The notes: generated by a model from the letters alone, not told the origin. A stretch of 24,602 bases of DNA from Bdellovibrionota bacterium (GCA_044356455.1 JBIKWF010000063.1:1-24602); one strand, 5' to 3'; positions 16,974 to 24,602 are shown, counted from the stretch's first letter. Numbers and translations are program-made.

Positions 16974-18826
16974 GCTGCAAGTTTCTCCATAAGACTGGTC
17001 TGAAGTTCTCGGTCGGAAATCTCAATTCGCTGAAGCACGCGCAGCGAGTACTCCTCAGCCACTTCTTCGTGGGCAATGACGGGCATGCGGTTACCTCGCA
17101 ACCTTAGACATTCCATAAGTAGCCTGCGCGCCCCCTTAGAAACGACAAGCACCGCCGCGCTGTTTTTGACCTCCCCAAGCGCTCGCTCGATAGCAAACAT
17201 AAGATCAAGATCCAGGGGCTGCCCTTCCCTCTCGGTGCGCACAAGGGCCACGTCAATGGGAGCGTCGAGCACAACCGCATCTATCACCCGCCCCTCCTTT
17301 GCATGGCGATGACTAATCAGTCGTCGAAGTGCAATGCGCACTTCCTCTAGAAGAGCCCGCTCTCCCGAAGCTTTTCCTCCATGCTCGGCGAGTGCTTGAA
17401 CAATCATATCGAAATTGCATATGGGCAGGTCTTCTCGAACTAACTGCCGAAGCACCTCAGTAAGCTGAGTAACGGTGACGAGAGTTGGAATAACCGCTGT
17501 GACAAGCTCAGGTGCCTCGCGCTCAAAGAAATCGAGCGCGCGCCTTGTCATGATGTCGTCAATTAAGTCCGCCGCCCGCTCCTGCACCAGGTCGCTTAGT
17601 GCACTAAAAATGAGATTAAGCGTGCTTGCCGCATCTCCCCCCACTTCCCCTTGTTTCATGGGTACGCCACGTAGTTTGATTGCGAATCCTTCTCCTTCCC
17701 TTACACTGGCAATTTCAGGCACGCCTAAGACCAAACCAGATTTGGCATGCATTTGCTTTCTAAATTCTTGCACACGCCCGAGTAGTTCACGGGACCCATG
17801 GAGCTGCTGGGAAGCCTTGGATCCAAGTTCAATGAGCAGAACCGGCGTTGAGCGCGGCTCGAATTTGAGAGTCTCAGTACTTTGAACGGGAGCCTCAGGG
17901 GCAGCTTTTCCAAGGGCGCCTAAGAACAAAACCATAGAAAGCGTGAAAAAGGGCAGCATGGGCATTCCAGGCACAAGTGAAAGAAGGAGCGCGAGTACTC
18001 CAATCATGATGCGCGCTTTGCGCACTTGGCCTAGCTGGCTAAGAAGCTCCTGTGCCAGGGTAGCGCCATCCCCCCTTGAAACTCGAGTTACCACCATACC
18101 GGCGGAGAGTGCGTTAAGTAGCGCCGGAATCTGTGACACGAGCCCATCACCGATCGTAAGCAGGGTATACTTTTGTACTGCCCTCCCTGGGTCGAGACCT
18201 TCCATGGTGATACCAACCAGAAGACCTCCCACAATGTTCACGGCAACCATGCAAATGCCGGCAATCGCATCGCCTTTGACGAACTTCATGGCTCCGTCTA
18301 ACGCACCGTAGAAACGCGATTCTGTCTGCATTTCATTTCTGCGGCGCCGTGCGGTTTCGAAATCAATCAATCCGGCCCTGACGTCCGCATCAATTGACAT
18401 TTGTTTTCCGGGTAGCGCATCAAGAGTAAAGCGAGCAGCTACTTCAGCAACTCGCTCCGCACCTTTGGCGATAACTATGAATTGAATCAGGGTGAGAATG
18501 AGGAATACGACCACCCCCACCACGAGATTCCCCCCAATCACCACATCACCAAAGGCGTGTACCACGTCCCCAGCATCACCAGCCCCCAATATTGCTCGGG
18601 TCGTGGCGACATTAAGTCCCAGGCGATAAATAGTAGCGATCAGAAGTAGCGAAGGAAGAGAAGACAGCTTTAGCGAATCGGAAACATAGAGCGCGCTCAC
18701 GAAAAGTATGAGCGCAAGCACAAGGTTCCCCACGAGGAGGAAATCAAGTACCCCTGGAGGCACAGGAAGCAACATGCTTCCAAGCACCACCAGGAGTCCA
18801 AAAGGAACAAGTAATTCCTTAAGCAT
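16970..18826 (-). CDS. sctV: Type III export gate protein, SctV/FlhA (FHIPEP) family
   Basis: KGAERVAEVAARFTLDALPGKQMSIDAD, FYGALDGAMKFVKGDAIAG, YTLLTIGDGLVSQIPALL; about 8 TM helices plus a shortened cytoplasmic domain. SctV versus FlhA assignment rests on gene context. Confidence 0.93.
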   Translation of the reverse strand: MLKELLVPFGLLVVLGSMLLPVPPGVLDFLLVGNLVLALILFVSALYVSDSLKLSSLPSLLLIATIYRLGLNVATTRAILGAGDAGDVVHAFGDVVIGGNLVVGVVVFLILTLIQFIVIAKGAERVAEVAARFTLDALPGKQMSIDADVRAGLIDFETARRRRNEMQTESRFYGALDGAMKFVKGDAIAGICMVAVNIVGGLLVGITMEGLDPGRAVQKYTLLTIGDGLVSQIPALLNALSAGMVVTRVSRGDGATLAQELLSQLGQVRKARIMIGVLALLLSLVPGMPMLPFFTLSMVLFLGALGKAAPEAPVQSTETLKFEPRSTPVLLIELGSKASQQLHGSRELLGRVQEFRKQMHAKSGLVLGVPEIASVREGEGFAIKLRGVPMKQGEVGGDAASTLNLIFSALSDLVQERAADLIDDIMTRRALDFFEREAPELVTAVIPTLVTVTQLTEVLRQLVREDLPICNFDMIVQALAEHGGKASGERALLEEVRIALRRLISHRHAKEGRVIDAVVLDAPIDVALVRTEREGQPLDLDLMFAIERALGEVKNSAAVLVVSKGARRLLMECLRLRGNRMPVIAHEEVAEEYSLRVLQRIEISDRELQTSLMEKLAA

Positions 18827-18863
18827 GAGCGCGAGTCTCCTCTACGTCGAATGGGGCCAGGTG

Positions 18864-19190
18864 TTATCCGACTCGAATGTTTCGAAGCGCGGTCATTTGG
18901 ATCTCATGCTTGGATTTCTCAATATTTGAGAAGAACGTCATGAGCTGGAGCTGCTTCTGTTGCTCGATTTGCTCCTGGATGAGACCCGCATAATCTCCGT
19001 TGAGGCCGGGAAATTGTGATGAGCCGCCGCCGGTAAGCGCTCCCGCAACTCGGCTCGCAATAGCGGTAGCCCCGTTCATCAGGGTGCTAAAAGTACTCCC
19101 GGTACGCGTAGTGGGCTCCGCCATAAAGCGGGCAGCACGACCAAAATTAAGATGGGCTCCGAGCGTCGAGAGATTGAGAGGAGAACTCAT
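18864..19190 (-). CDS. Small T3SS-associated protein, candidate needle/inner-rod (SctF/SctI-like) subunit
   Basis: GGAG RBS 6 nt upstream; C-terminal amphipathic helix QLMTFFSNIEKSKHEIQMTALRNIR resembles needle-subunit C-termini (SN..K..h.....I..N.R). Confidence 0.6.
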   Translation of the reverse strand: MSSPLNLSTLGAHLNFGRAARFMAEPTTRTGSTFSTLMNGATAIASRVAGALTGGGSSQFPGLNGDYAGLIQEQIEQQKQLQLMTFFSNIEKSKHEIQMTALRNIRVG

Positions 19191-20136
19191 ATGATACTCC
19201 AGTAAAGGTAGACTCCTCCTTATCGGAGCGGCTTGGCAAAAGTTGCGTCTCAGACGGAGAATTAAAGAGCTCCTCTATCCGGATACTTAGGCCCTGCTCC
19301 TCGATGCCAACGGCTACGGCAGCGATGGTCCGTCCACCCATGCGAAGATAACCCGAGGTGCCCTGCGGGAGGTCGCATTCCAGTGCGTGTCCTACACGAA
19401 TTCTTAAAAAGTCCTGCAAGGGAATCTCAAGCGTCCCCATCTCTAGCGTGAGGTTTACGTTAGTGTTCTCCGACATGTGCAACTCCTTTAATAGCAATTT
19501 GATTTTTGAAACAGATTTGGTCAAAAGCCCTTGTTCGGCCGAGGTATTCACTTGGAGCGCTGGCTCGGCGCGTGCAGTCCACTGCGTACTTTCATCGACG
19601 AGCATCAGGGAATTGCCCCAGGGAATCTTGCATTCAGATTTAAGCAACAGCGTGGGCAAGGTGGGCTCGAGTTCAAGCATCAAGCGAAGCGCCGTCACTG
19701 CACGAGCTTGCTGCGAAGCTACCTGCCCACCACCTTCAGCTGGGAGAGGGAGCAGTGGCGGCAAACCACATACGGCGAGAATTCCTCGCATCTGCGAATC
19801 TTCGCTCCAGAGCTGAAAAAGCGCCTCGTCACCTGGAGGAGCTATCTCCACGCCGAGCTGCAAGCGAAATCCGTCAGGCATTCCCTTGAGCGTCCCGGCA
19901 AGAAGATAGAGACTCCGCCTCGACATCTTTTCCCCATTTCTCTCGAAGCGTACTCCCCAAAGATCTCCCTCGGCGCCTCGCGAAACCCAGAGCCGCGGCG
20001 CCACCGTATCCGGGGAGGCTTGGCCACAGAAACGAGGAGTTACGTGCTCGAGTCCGAGTTGAGACAACAGCAGTGTTACGCGCGCTTCTAAGAGCACGAT
20101 ACTTTCGTCCACTTTTTGTTGGCGGAATTTCAACAC
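19147..20136 (-). CDS. SctQ/FliM-FliN-like sorting-platform protein (C-terminal SpoA domain)
   Basis: VNLTLEMGTLEIPLQDFLRIRVGHALECD...YLRMGGRTIA...GLSIRIEEL; GGAGGT RBS before the GTG start; N-terminal part unrecognisable. Confidence 0.7.
   Translation of the reverse strand: MLKFRQQKVDESIVLLEARVTLLLSQLGLEHVTPRFCGQASPDTVAPRLWVSRGAEGDLWGVRFERNGEKMSRRSLYLLAGTLKGMPDGFRLQLGVEIAPPGDEALFQLWSEDSQMRGILAVCGLPPLLPLPAEGGGQVASQQARAVTALRLMLELEPTLPTLLLKSECKIPWGNSLMLVDESTQWTARAEPALQVNTSAEQGLLTKSVSKIKLLLKELHMSENTNVNLTLEMGTLEIPLQDFLRIRVGHALECDLPQGTSGYLRMGGRTIAAVAVGIEEQGLSIRIEELFNSPSETQLLPSRSDKEESTFTGVSYEFSSQSLDARSPS
19220..19251 (-). promoter_or_regulatory. Internal sigma28-type promoter upstream of the needle-like gene
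   Basis: Minus strand GAGAC-GCAACTTT-TGCCAAGCCGC-TCCGATAA; N11 spacing as in the consensus TAAAGTTT-N11-GCCGATAA; 29 nt upstream of ATG 19190. Confidence 0.75.
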
Positions 20137-20333
20137 GAGAGAAGCACCTCCACGGCAATCTCACGCGCCCACGAAGGACGTAGGTTTTTTAAAAATGAAA
20201 GCAGTGCGCGGGTTGCAGTGCTCAAGCTCTCCTCACCCGCAGCACTGGCTGAGGCGCTTTGCAGGAAAATGCTCGCAGCATGGTACTCCTCCTGCGAAGA
20301 AGCATTCACATTAGAGAGGCTGGTGAGCTTCAT
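20130..20333 (-). CDS. Small hypothetical protein (67 aa) between the sctJ and sctQ-like genes
   Basis: GGAGGT RBS; overlaps both neighbours and fills the operon gap exactly. Confidence 0.55.
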   Translation of the reverse strand: MKLTSLSNVNASSQEEYHAASIFLQSASASAAGEESLSTATRALLSFLKNLRPSWAREIAVEVLLSC

Positions 20334-21237
20334 ATATGAAGACCTCCGCCTTTCGTTTTCGCCTGAGCAAATAAAGCGCGAGGCCTACGCCCGCAATCAC
20401 GAGGGATGCCGCCACTTGCAGCGCCATTCCGCGATGCTGCTCATACCACGCGACCTCACTCCTCGGCGTCACGGGGAGAATGCCGCTCTGAGATAGTTCA
20501 GGAGAAGCACTCGGCGCGAAAGGAGGCAGGGCCGCCGCCTGCCGGGGCTTTGGCTCAGATACCGAAACCATAATCGAGATATCCTTGAAGGGGATGCCAG
20601 ACGCACCTGCCACAATCGAAGCCACATCCGTCCTTGAAACTGCATCACTCGTAACTACGAGCAGGACACTGGCGCTGCCCGGTGAGCTATCCATTTTTTG
20701 GCCAAACAAAGGATCGACCATGGGCAAATTTAAGTGCACGCGGCTTTCAAGAACTGCGGGGACATTATTAAGCGTCTGCTCAAGCTCTCGCGCCAGCGCT
20801 CGCTCAAAGCGGAAACGCTGATCTTCACGACTGCTCATCAAAGAACTCTTTTCGAGAGGCGCCGCATCCTCATTTCTAAGAAGCCGCGCATCGCTCACCG
20901 CGCGCAAAGCCGGCACGGAAGAGGCGGAATCTACCGCAAGGGCCCATGAGCCATCAGCTTGTTTAACTTTTTCTGACTCGATTCCCACATCAGCCAAGCG
21001 CGTAATAAGGCGATTAGCTTCTGACTCGGAGAGATGATGTATTACTTGTTCTCGGCATCCAGTGAGCGTGAGAAGCGCGAGCAGCAGAGTACCCAGGACG
21101 GCATTCCGTAGACTTTGGCTACGCTGTCTTTGGCCACGCTGTCTTTGGCTACTCTTCGAGGAGCCGCTCCTTGAGCAGTTCAAGCGCTCGCGAATGCAAG
21201 CGAGATACCCACGATTTTGACATGCCACCATTCTCAT
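20311..21237 (-). CDS. sctJ: SctJ (YscJ/PrgK-family) inner-membrane ring lipoprotein
   Basis: Lipobox LTGC; HHLSESEAN; RALARELEQTL..VPAVLESRVHLNLP; SASVLL; IVAGASG; C-terminal TM followed by RRKRK; size matches SctJ rather than FliF. Start uncertain. Confidence 0.88.
   Translation of the reverse strand: MRMVACQNRGYLACIRERLNCSRSGSSKSSQRQRGQRQRSQSLRNAVLGTLLLALLTLTGCREQVIHHLSESEANRLITRLADVGIESEKVKQADGSWALAVDSASSVPALRAVSDARLLRNEDAAPLEKSSLMSSREDQRFRFERALARELEQTLNNVPAVLESRVHLNLPMVDPLFGQKMDSSPGSASVLLVVTSDAVSRTDVASIVAGASGIPFKDISIMVSVSEPKPRQAAALPPFAPSASPELSQSGILPVTPRSEVAWYEQHRGMALQVAASLVIAGVGLALYLLRRKRKAEVFIYEAHQPL
21113..21152. repeat. 15-bp tandem repeat, about 2.7 copies (CTTTGGCTACGCTGT), at the sigma/sctJ junction
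   Basis: Units start at 21113, 21128 and 21143; they encode SQRQR-GQRQR-SQ in the sctJ frame. Confidence 0.85.
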
Positions 21238-21970
21238 TAGCGATCTCCACGAAGGATTTCTCTTTCAGGTAATAGTCCTCGACTATTAATCGCTCTTTTT
21301 CTGGAAGAGTTGCTATCAAAGTGTGAATTTTTTCTTTTTCTTGAAATTTTTCTATTTCTTCCTCGGCTGAGGCATGACTTGAAGCCATCTCGAGGGTATC
21401 GCCTTCCGCGTCTCCCAAGCTTAGGCGAAACATAAGAGCCCCACGCGCGGCGAAATCGAGCACTTCGGCAAGTCGGGGCTGCGCCTGACCGCCCAGTGAA
21501 CCGTCCCCTGCACTGAGGAGCTCCGACTCGCGCACTTCCTGAACTGCTGACAATGCTCTTGCGCAGCGGTATGCCCTCCCAGAAAGTTGAGAATTCTGGC
21601 GAATGTAATCGATTACCGCGCCGCGAATGCGCAGATACGCGAAGGTCTTGAAATCCGCTTTGCTCGTGGGATCAAATCTCTCGGCAGCCTCCACCAACCC
21701 AAGATACCCGGCCCCGACAAACTCATCGTTTGATTCTGGGGGCAGTCCCATCGCTTGAATCATTTTCCCTACAAGCCCATGCACATAAGGCTGGTATCTC
21801 GTGACAAGTGCGTCGCGCTTCTCAAGTTTTGCGTCGGCACGCGAGGATGCAGAGATGGAACGCCCCTTTTTCGGTGGGACCTTTGAAGACGGATTACTCT
21901 TCTTACGAACGATTTTTTTGCGCAGAACCAACTTACGGGTGGTTGGTGGCCGCGTTACTTTCTTTGGCAT
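21149..21970 (-). CDS. FliA/WhiG (sigma28)-like RNA polymerase sigma factor
   Basis: Region 2 GYLGLVEAAERFDP...FKTFAYLRIRGAVIDYIR; region 4 LPEKERLIV..YY....SFVEIA...MSKSWVSRLHSRAL; K/R-rich N-terminal extension; reduced region 3. Confidence 0.9.
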   Translation of the reverse strand: MPKKVTRPPTTRKLVLRKKIVRKKSNPSSKVPPKKGRSISASSRADAKLEKRDALVTRYQPYVHGLVGKMIQAMGLPPESNDEFVGAGYLGLVEAAERFDPTSKADFKTFAYLRIRGAVIDYIRQNSQLSGRAYRCARALSAVQEVRESELLSAGDGSLGGQAQPRLAEVLDFAARGALMFRLSLGDAEGDTLEMASSHASAEEEIEKFQEKEKIHTLIATLPEKERLIVEDYYLKEKSFVEIANENGGMSKSWVSRLHSRALELLKERLLEE

Positions 21971-22035
21971 GCGCGTGACAAATTGAGTTACTCAGGTCCA
22001 ACGCTTCTTGGGGAGCTGCCCTAGAAGTCTCTCTA

Positions 22036-22067
22036 TTATCGGAACTTACGAGCAAAAGTTACGTCTC
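22036..22067 (-). promoter_or_regulatory. sigma28-type promoter upstream of the sigma gene and T3SS operon
   Basis: Minus strand GAGAC-GTAACTTT-TGCTCGTAAGT-TCCGATAA; matches the 19220-19251 copy at 23 of 24 positions outside an 8-nt variable spacer. Confidence 0.75.
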
Positions 22068-22218
22068 GTTTATGAGGTTCTTTGAAAGTCGCCGCAAGCG
22101 CCTGAAATCTACGCGTTATAGGAGTAGAGAATTCATGAATCTTACGAATAATTACAGGCATTTGACACTCCTGCCCGCTTCCATCTAAGTTAGCACCGGT
22201 ACCCTTTGGACCACCCCC

Positions 22219-22355
22219 TTAGGGAAACTCTGAAAAAGCCCACTCTGTGAACTCTGTGCCCTCTGTGGTTGATTTAAATTGTTGAATAACCACAGAGGGC
22301 ACAGAGAACACCGAGGGAAAGAAATAAAATATCTAGGTTTTTCAGAGGTTCCTTT
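22219..22355. mobile_element. MITE/REP-like palindromic element, copy C (best preserved)
   Basis: TIRs TAGGGAAACTCTGAAAAAGCC and GGTTTTTCAGAGGTTCCTTT; internal arms include a perfect 19-bp IR, CTCTGTGCCCTCTGTGGTT / AACCACAGAGGGCACAGAG. Confidence 0.75.
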
Positions 22356-22374
22356 GGTTTCTCTTAGGAGTTGT

Positions 22375-23625
22375 ATGTCTGCCCTTCCTTGCTCGAATGA
22401 GTTCAATGTTTCCCCTCTTACCCGTGCGCTGTTCTCTCAAGTTCAAGAAGCCGCACCCGACGCAATTCTCGGACTCAATCAGGCTTGCGCCAAGGATAAG
22501 AATCCTAAGCGCCAAAACCTCGGGCCAGGTGTCTATATGGACGGGGAAGGTCTTACGAAGCCTCTGACCTCTGTTCTCAAAGCCGAGGCGCTCCTTATCG
22601 CCAAAGAGAGAAAGGAAGGCTACCTGCCCATTGATGGGAACCCCATTTTTAATGGCATGGTACAAACCCTTGCCTTCGGCAAGGAGTCAACACTTCTTCG
22701 CGACGGCCTAGTCGCGACCGTGCAGTCTCCAGGCGGAACCGGCGCCGTGAGCCTCGCAGCCCACCTTCTGAAACGTATTGTCCCCTCCGCTCAGGCCCTA
22801 ATTTCTGATCCTACCTGGCCAAATCATCGGGGTATTTTCGCTGAGGTTGGTTTTCCTGTTCAGGCCTACCCCTACTACGACGCAAAAACGCGCTCCGTGC
22901 GTTTCGATGAGTTTGTGCAGTTTCTCAAAGCTCAGCCGCAGCATTCAATCGTGGTGCTCCACGCGAGTTGTCACAACCCCACGGGCTACGACTTCTCTTT
23001 CGAGCAGTGGAAAGAGCTGTGTAAGCTCTTTGCATCCTCGAGCCACATTCCAGTAATCGACTCCGCCTATCAGGGTTTTAAAGTGGGCCTCGAAGAGGAT
23101 GCTGCCCCCATTCGACTTTTTGCCGAAGCAGGGATTCCCTGTCTCGTAGCAACTTCTTTTTCAAAATCCTTTTCGCTGTATTCTCAGCGCATCGGAGCCC
23201 TTCATGTGGTCACGGCAAGCAAGCTCGAAACTGAGCGTGTCCTTAGCCAACTGAAACAGATTGTGCGAGCCATTTATTCAAATCCACCGGCCCAAGGAGC
23301 TCACCTCGTCGGCGCAGTTCTTAGTGACCCCGCTCTTCGTGCAGAGTGGGAGCAAGAACTAACTACGATGCGAGAACGCATCGCGCTCATGCGCACTGAG
23401 TTTGTGGCAGAAATGAAGAAGCGTGGTCACGATTTTAGTCACGTCGCAGACCAATATGGGATGTTCTCGTATACTGGGCTCACCGCTCCACAAGTAGAAG
23501 AGCTCATGAAGCGCTATAGCATTTACCTCATGAGCACAGGACGAGTTTCGATACCCGCCCTGAATAAGGGCAACATGAGTTATATCTGCGACGCGATTGC
23601 AGAGGTGGTCAGTTCCTGTCGCTGA
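22375..23625 (+). CDS. Class I PLP aminotransferase, AspC/TyrB family
   Basis: PDAILGL, GGTGA, SDPTWPNH, CHNPTG, DSAYQGF, SFSKSFSLYSQRIG (PLP Lys), YSNPP, GMFSYTGL; AGGAG RBS before ATG 22375. Confidence 0.95.
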   Translation: MSALPCSNEFNVSPLTRALFSQVQEAAPDAILGLNQACAKDKNPKRQNLGPGVYMDGEGLTKPLTSVLKAEALLIAKERKEGYLPIDGNPIFNGMVQTLAFGKESTLLRDGLVATVQSPGGTGAVSLAAHLLKRIVPSAQALISDPTWPNHRGIFAEVGFPVQAYPYYDAKTRSVRFDEFVQFLKAQPQHSIVVLHASCHNPTGYDFSFEQWKELCKLFASSSHIPVIDSAYQGFKVGLEEDAAPIRLFAEAGIPCLVATSFSKSFSLYSQRIGALHVVTASKLETERVLSQLKQIVRAIYSNPPAQGAHLVGAVLSDPALRAEWEQELTTMRERIALMRTEFVAEMKKRGHDFSHVADQYGMFSYTGLTAPQVEELMKRYSIYLMSTGRVSIPALNKGNMSYICDAIAEVVSSCR

Positions 23626-23677
23626 GAAGTAGAGCGACGCACCGCCACCTCAAGCTTTACGAAAGGGAATTTGGAGT

Positions 23678-24577
23678 ATGCCTACACCTATCGTAATCAT
23701 GAACACCGAGGGCTGGCCTGGGATTGATCACGCGGCTTCCCTGCTCAAAGCGGGTGCTCATGCACTCGATATCGTCGAGCAATCAATTCGCCTCACCGAA
23801 GAGAATCCGAATGTCCACACAGTGAGCATTGGATCTCCACCCAATGCGCTAGGGGTAATGCAGCTCGATGCGAGCTTCATGAATGGGAACACTCTTCAGG
23901 TAGGAGCGATTGGCGCTATCGAGAACTGCATCCACCCCATTTCGGTCGCGCGGCAAGTGATGGAGCGTCTTCCACACGTCATGCTTGTGGGAGAAGGAGC
24001 CCGTCTCTTTGCGAACGAATGCGGGTTCTCTAAAGACCACGTTCTTAACGAAACCACCACGCGCGACTACGAATCCTGGCGTGCAAAGCACTTCCAAGAG
24101 CCTCTCATTTCCATGTTCACCCGTGATACTGGTAAAGGTGCCCACGGGACAGTTATCTGCCTCGTGATTGATTCCCACGGCAACTTTGGTGGCGGGATAA
24201 GCACTTCGGGCTGGGACTATAAGTATCCTGGTCGCCTCGGAGACTCCCCGATTATTGGTGCCGGCCTCTATATTGATCAGCGTTATGGCGGAGCGGCGTG
24301 CACGCACTGCGGCGAGAACGCCATTCGAACCGCGCTCGCGCATAGTGTCGTCCTTTACATGAAAAAAGGTGCTCGCGTTGAAGAAGCGGTGCGCGAAGGA
24401 ATGGAAGACCTGAACTCCCTCAAAGAAGGGTATTTAGGACAAGTCTTTATTTACGCGTTCGACAAGGACGGTGTGCCCTTTGTCGCCCAGAAGATAAAGC
24501 GAGAGGATGACTGCGGATATCTTATCTTTCAAGAAGGGATGAGCGGGTACGAAAAAAGGAGAGTCGCGTCAGCCTAG
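23678..24577 (+). CDS. Asparaginase-2 family Ntn hydrolase (glycosylasparaginase / isoaspartyl peptidase)
   Basis: QLDASFMNG, HPISVARQVME, HVMLVGEGA, HG|TV autocleavage nucleophile, STSG..KYPGRLGDSPIIGAGLY; GGAG RBS. Confidence 0.93.
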   Translation: MPTPIVIMNTEGWPGIDHAASLLKAGAHALDIVEQSIRLTEENPNVHTVSIGSPPNALGVMQLDASFMNGNTLQVGAIGAIENCIHPISVARQVMERLPHVMLVGEGARLFANECGFSKDHVLNETTTRDYESWRAKHFQEPLISMFTRDTGKGAHGTVICLVIDSHGNFGGGISTSGWDYKYPGRLGDSPIIGAGLYIDQRYGGAACTHCGENAIRTALAHSVVLYMKKGARVEEAVREGMEDLNSLKEGYLGQVFIYAFDKDGVPFVAQKIKREDDCGYLIFQEGMSGYEKRRVASA

Positions 24578-24602
24578 TTCCCCCCGCGCGCGATCTTGAA
24601 TA

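Noticed and set aside
16096..21970. Calling the cluster an ordinary flagellar operon (fliA/fliF/fliN/flhA)
   Set aside because: The ring protein is a short lipoprotein of SctJ type, and no fliG, flhF, flhB, rod, hook or flagellin genes are adjacent.
22279..22374. N-terminal extension of the aminotransferase in the ORF track
   Set aside because: It runs through the repeat element; ATG 22375 has an AGGAG RBS.

Overview
Bacterial chromosomal window (roughly 50-55% GC by eye), with no rRNA, tRNA, CRISPR array or transposase that I can recognise. Gene content suggests a deltaproteobacterial or Bdellovibrionota-like lineage (inference only). The main feature is a compact minus-strand operon at 21970-16096 that mixes flagellar and injectisome traits. 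In order it encodes a FliA/sigma28-like sigma factor, an SctJ-type ring lipoprotein, a 67-aa ORF, an SctQ/FliN-like protein, a 108-aa protein with a needle/rod-like C-terminus, a short SctV/FlhA export gate, a TPR lipoprotein and a 109-aa ORF. It converges on an FHA/SctD-cytoplasmic-like gene. One 32-bp motif with exact sigma28 geometry (GAGAC-GYAACTTT-N11-TCCGATAA) occurs twice: upstream of the sigma gene, and inside the sctQ-like gene just before the filament-like subunit. This suggests a flagellar-style sigma28 circuit driving a non-flagellar T3SS. The rest of the window holds a pilin-like membrane protein, a DUF481 outer-membrane barrel, a three-gene unknown operon, a divergent FlgO/CsgG-like lipoprotein pair, apt, a flippase plus GT2, an ECF sigma, a DUF5658-like protein, two atypical two-component proteins, an AspC/TyrB-type aminotransferase and an Ntn asparaginase. 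A family of intergenic MITE/REP-like elements built from 9-bp-period palindromic units is also present.
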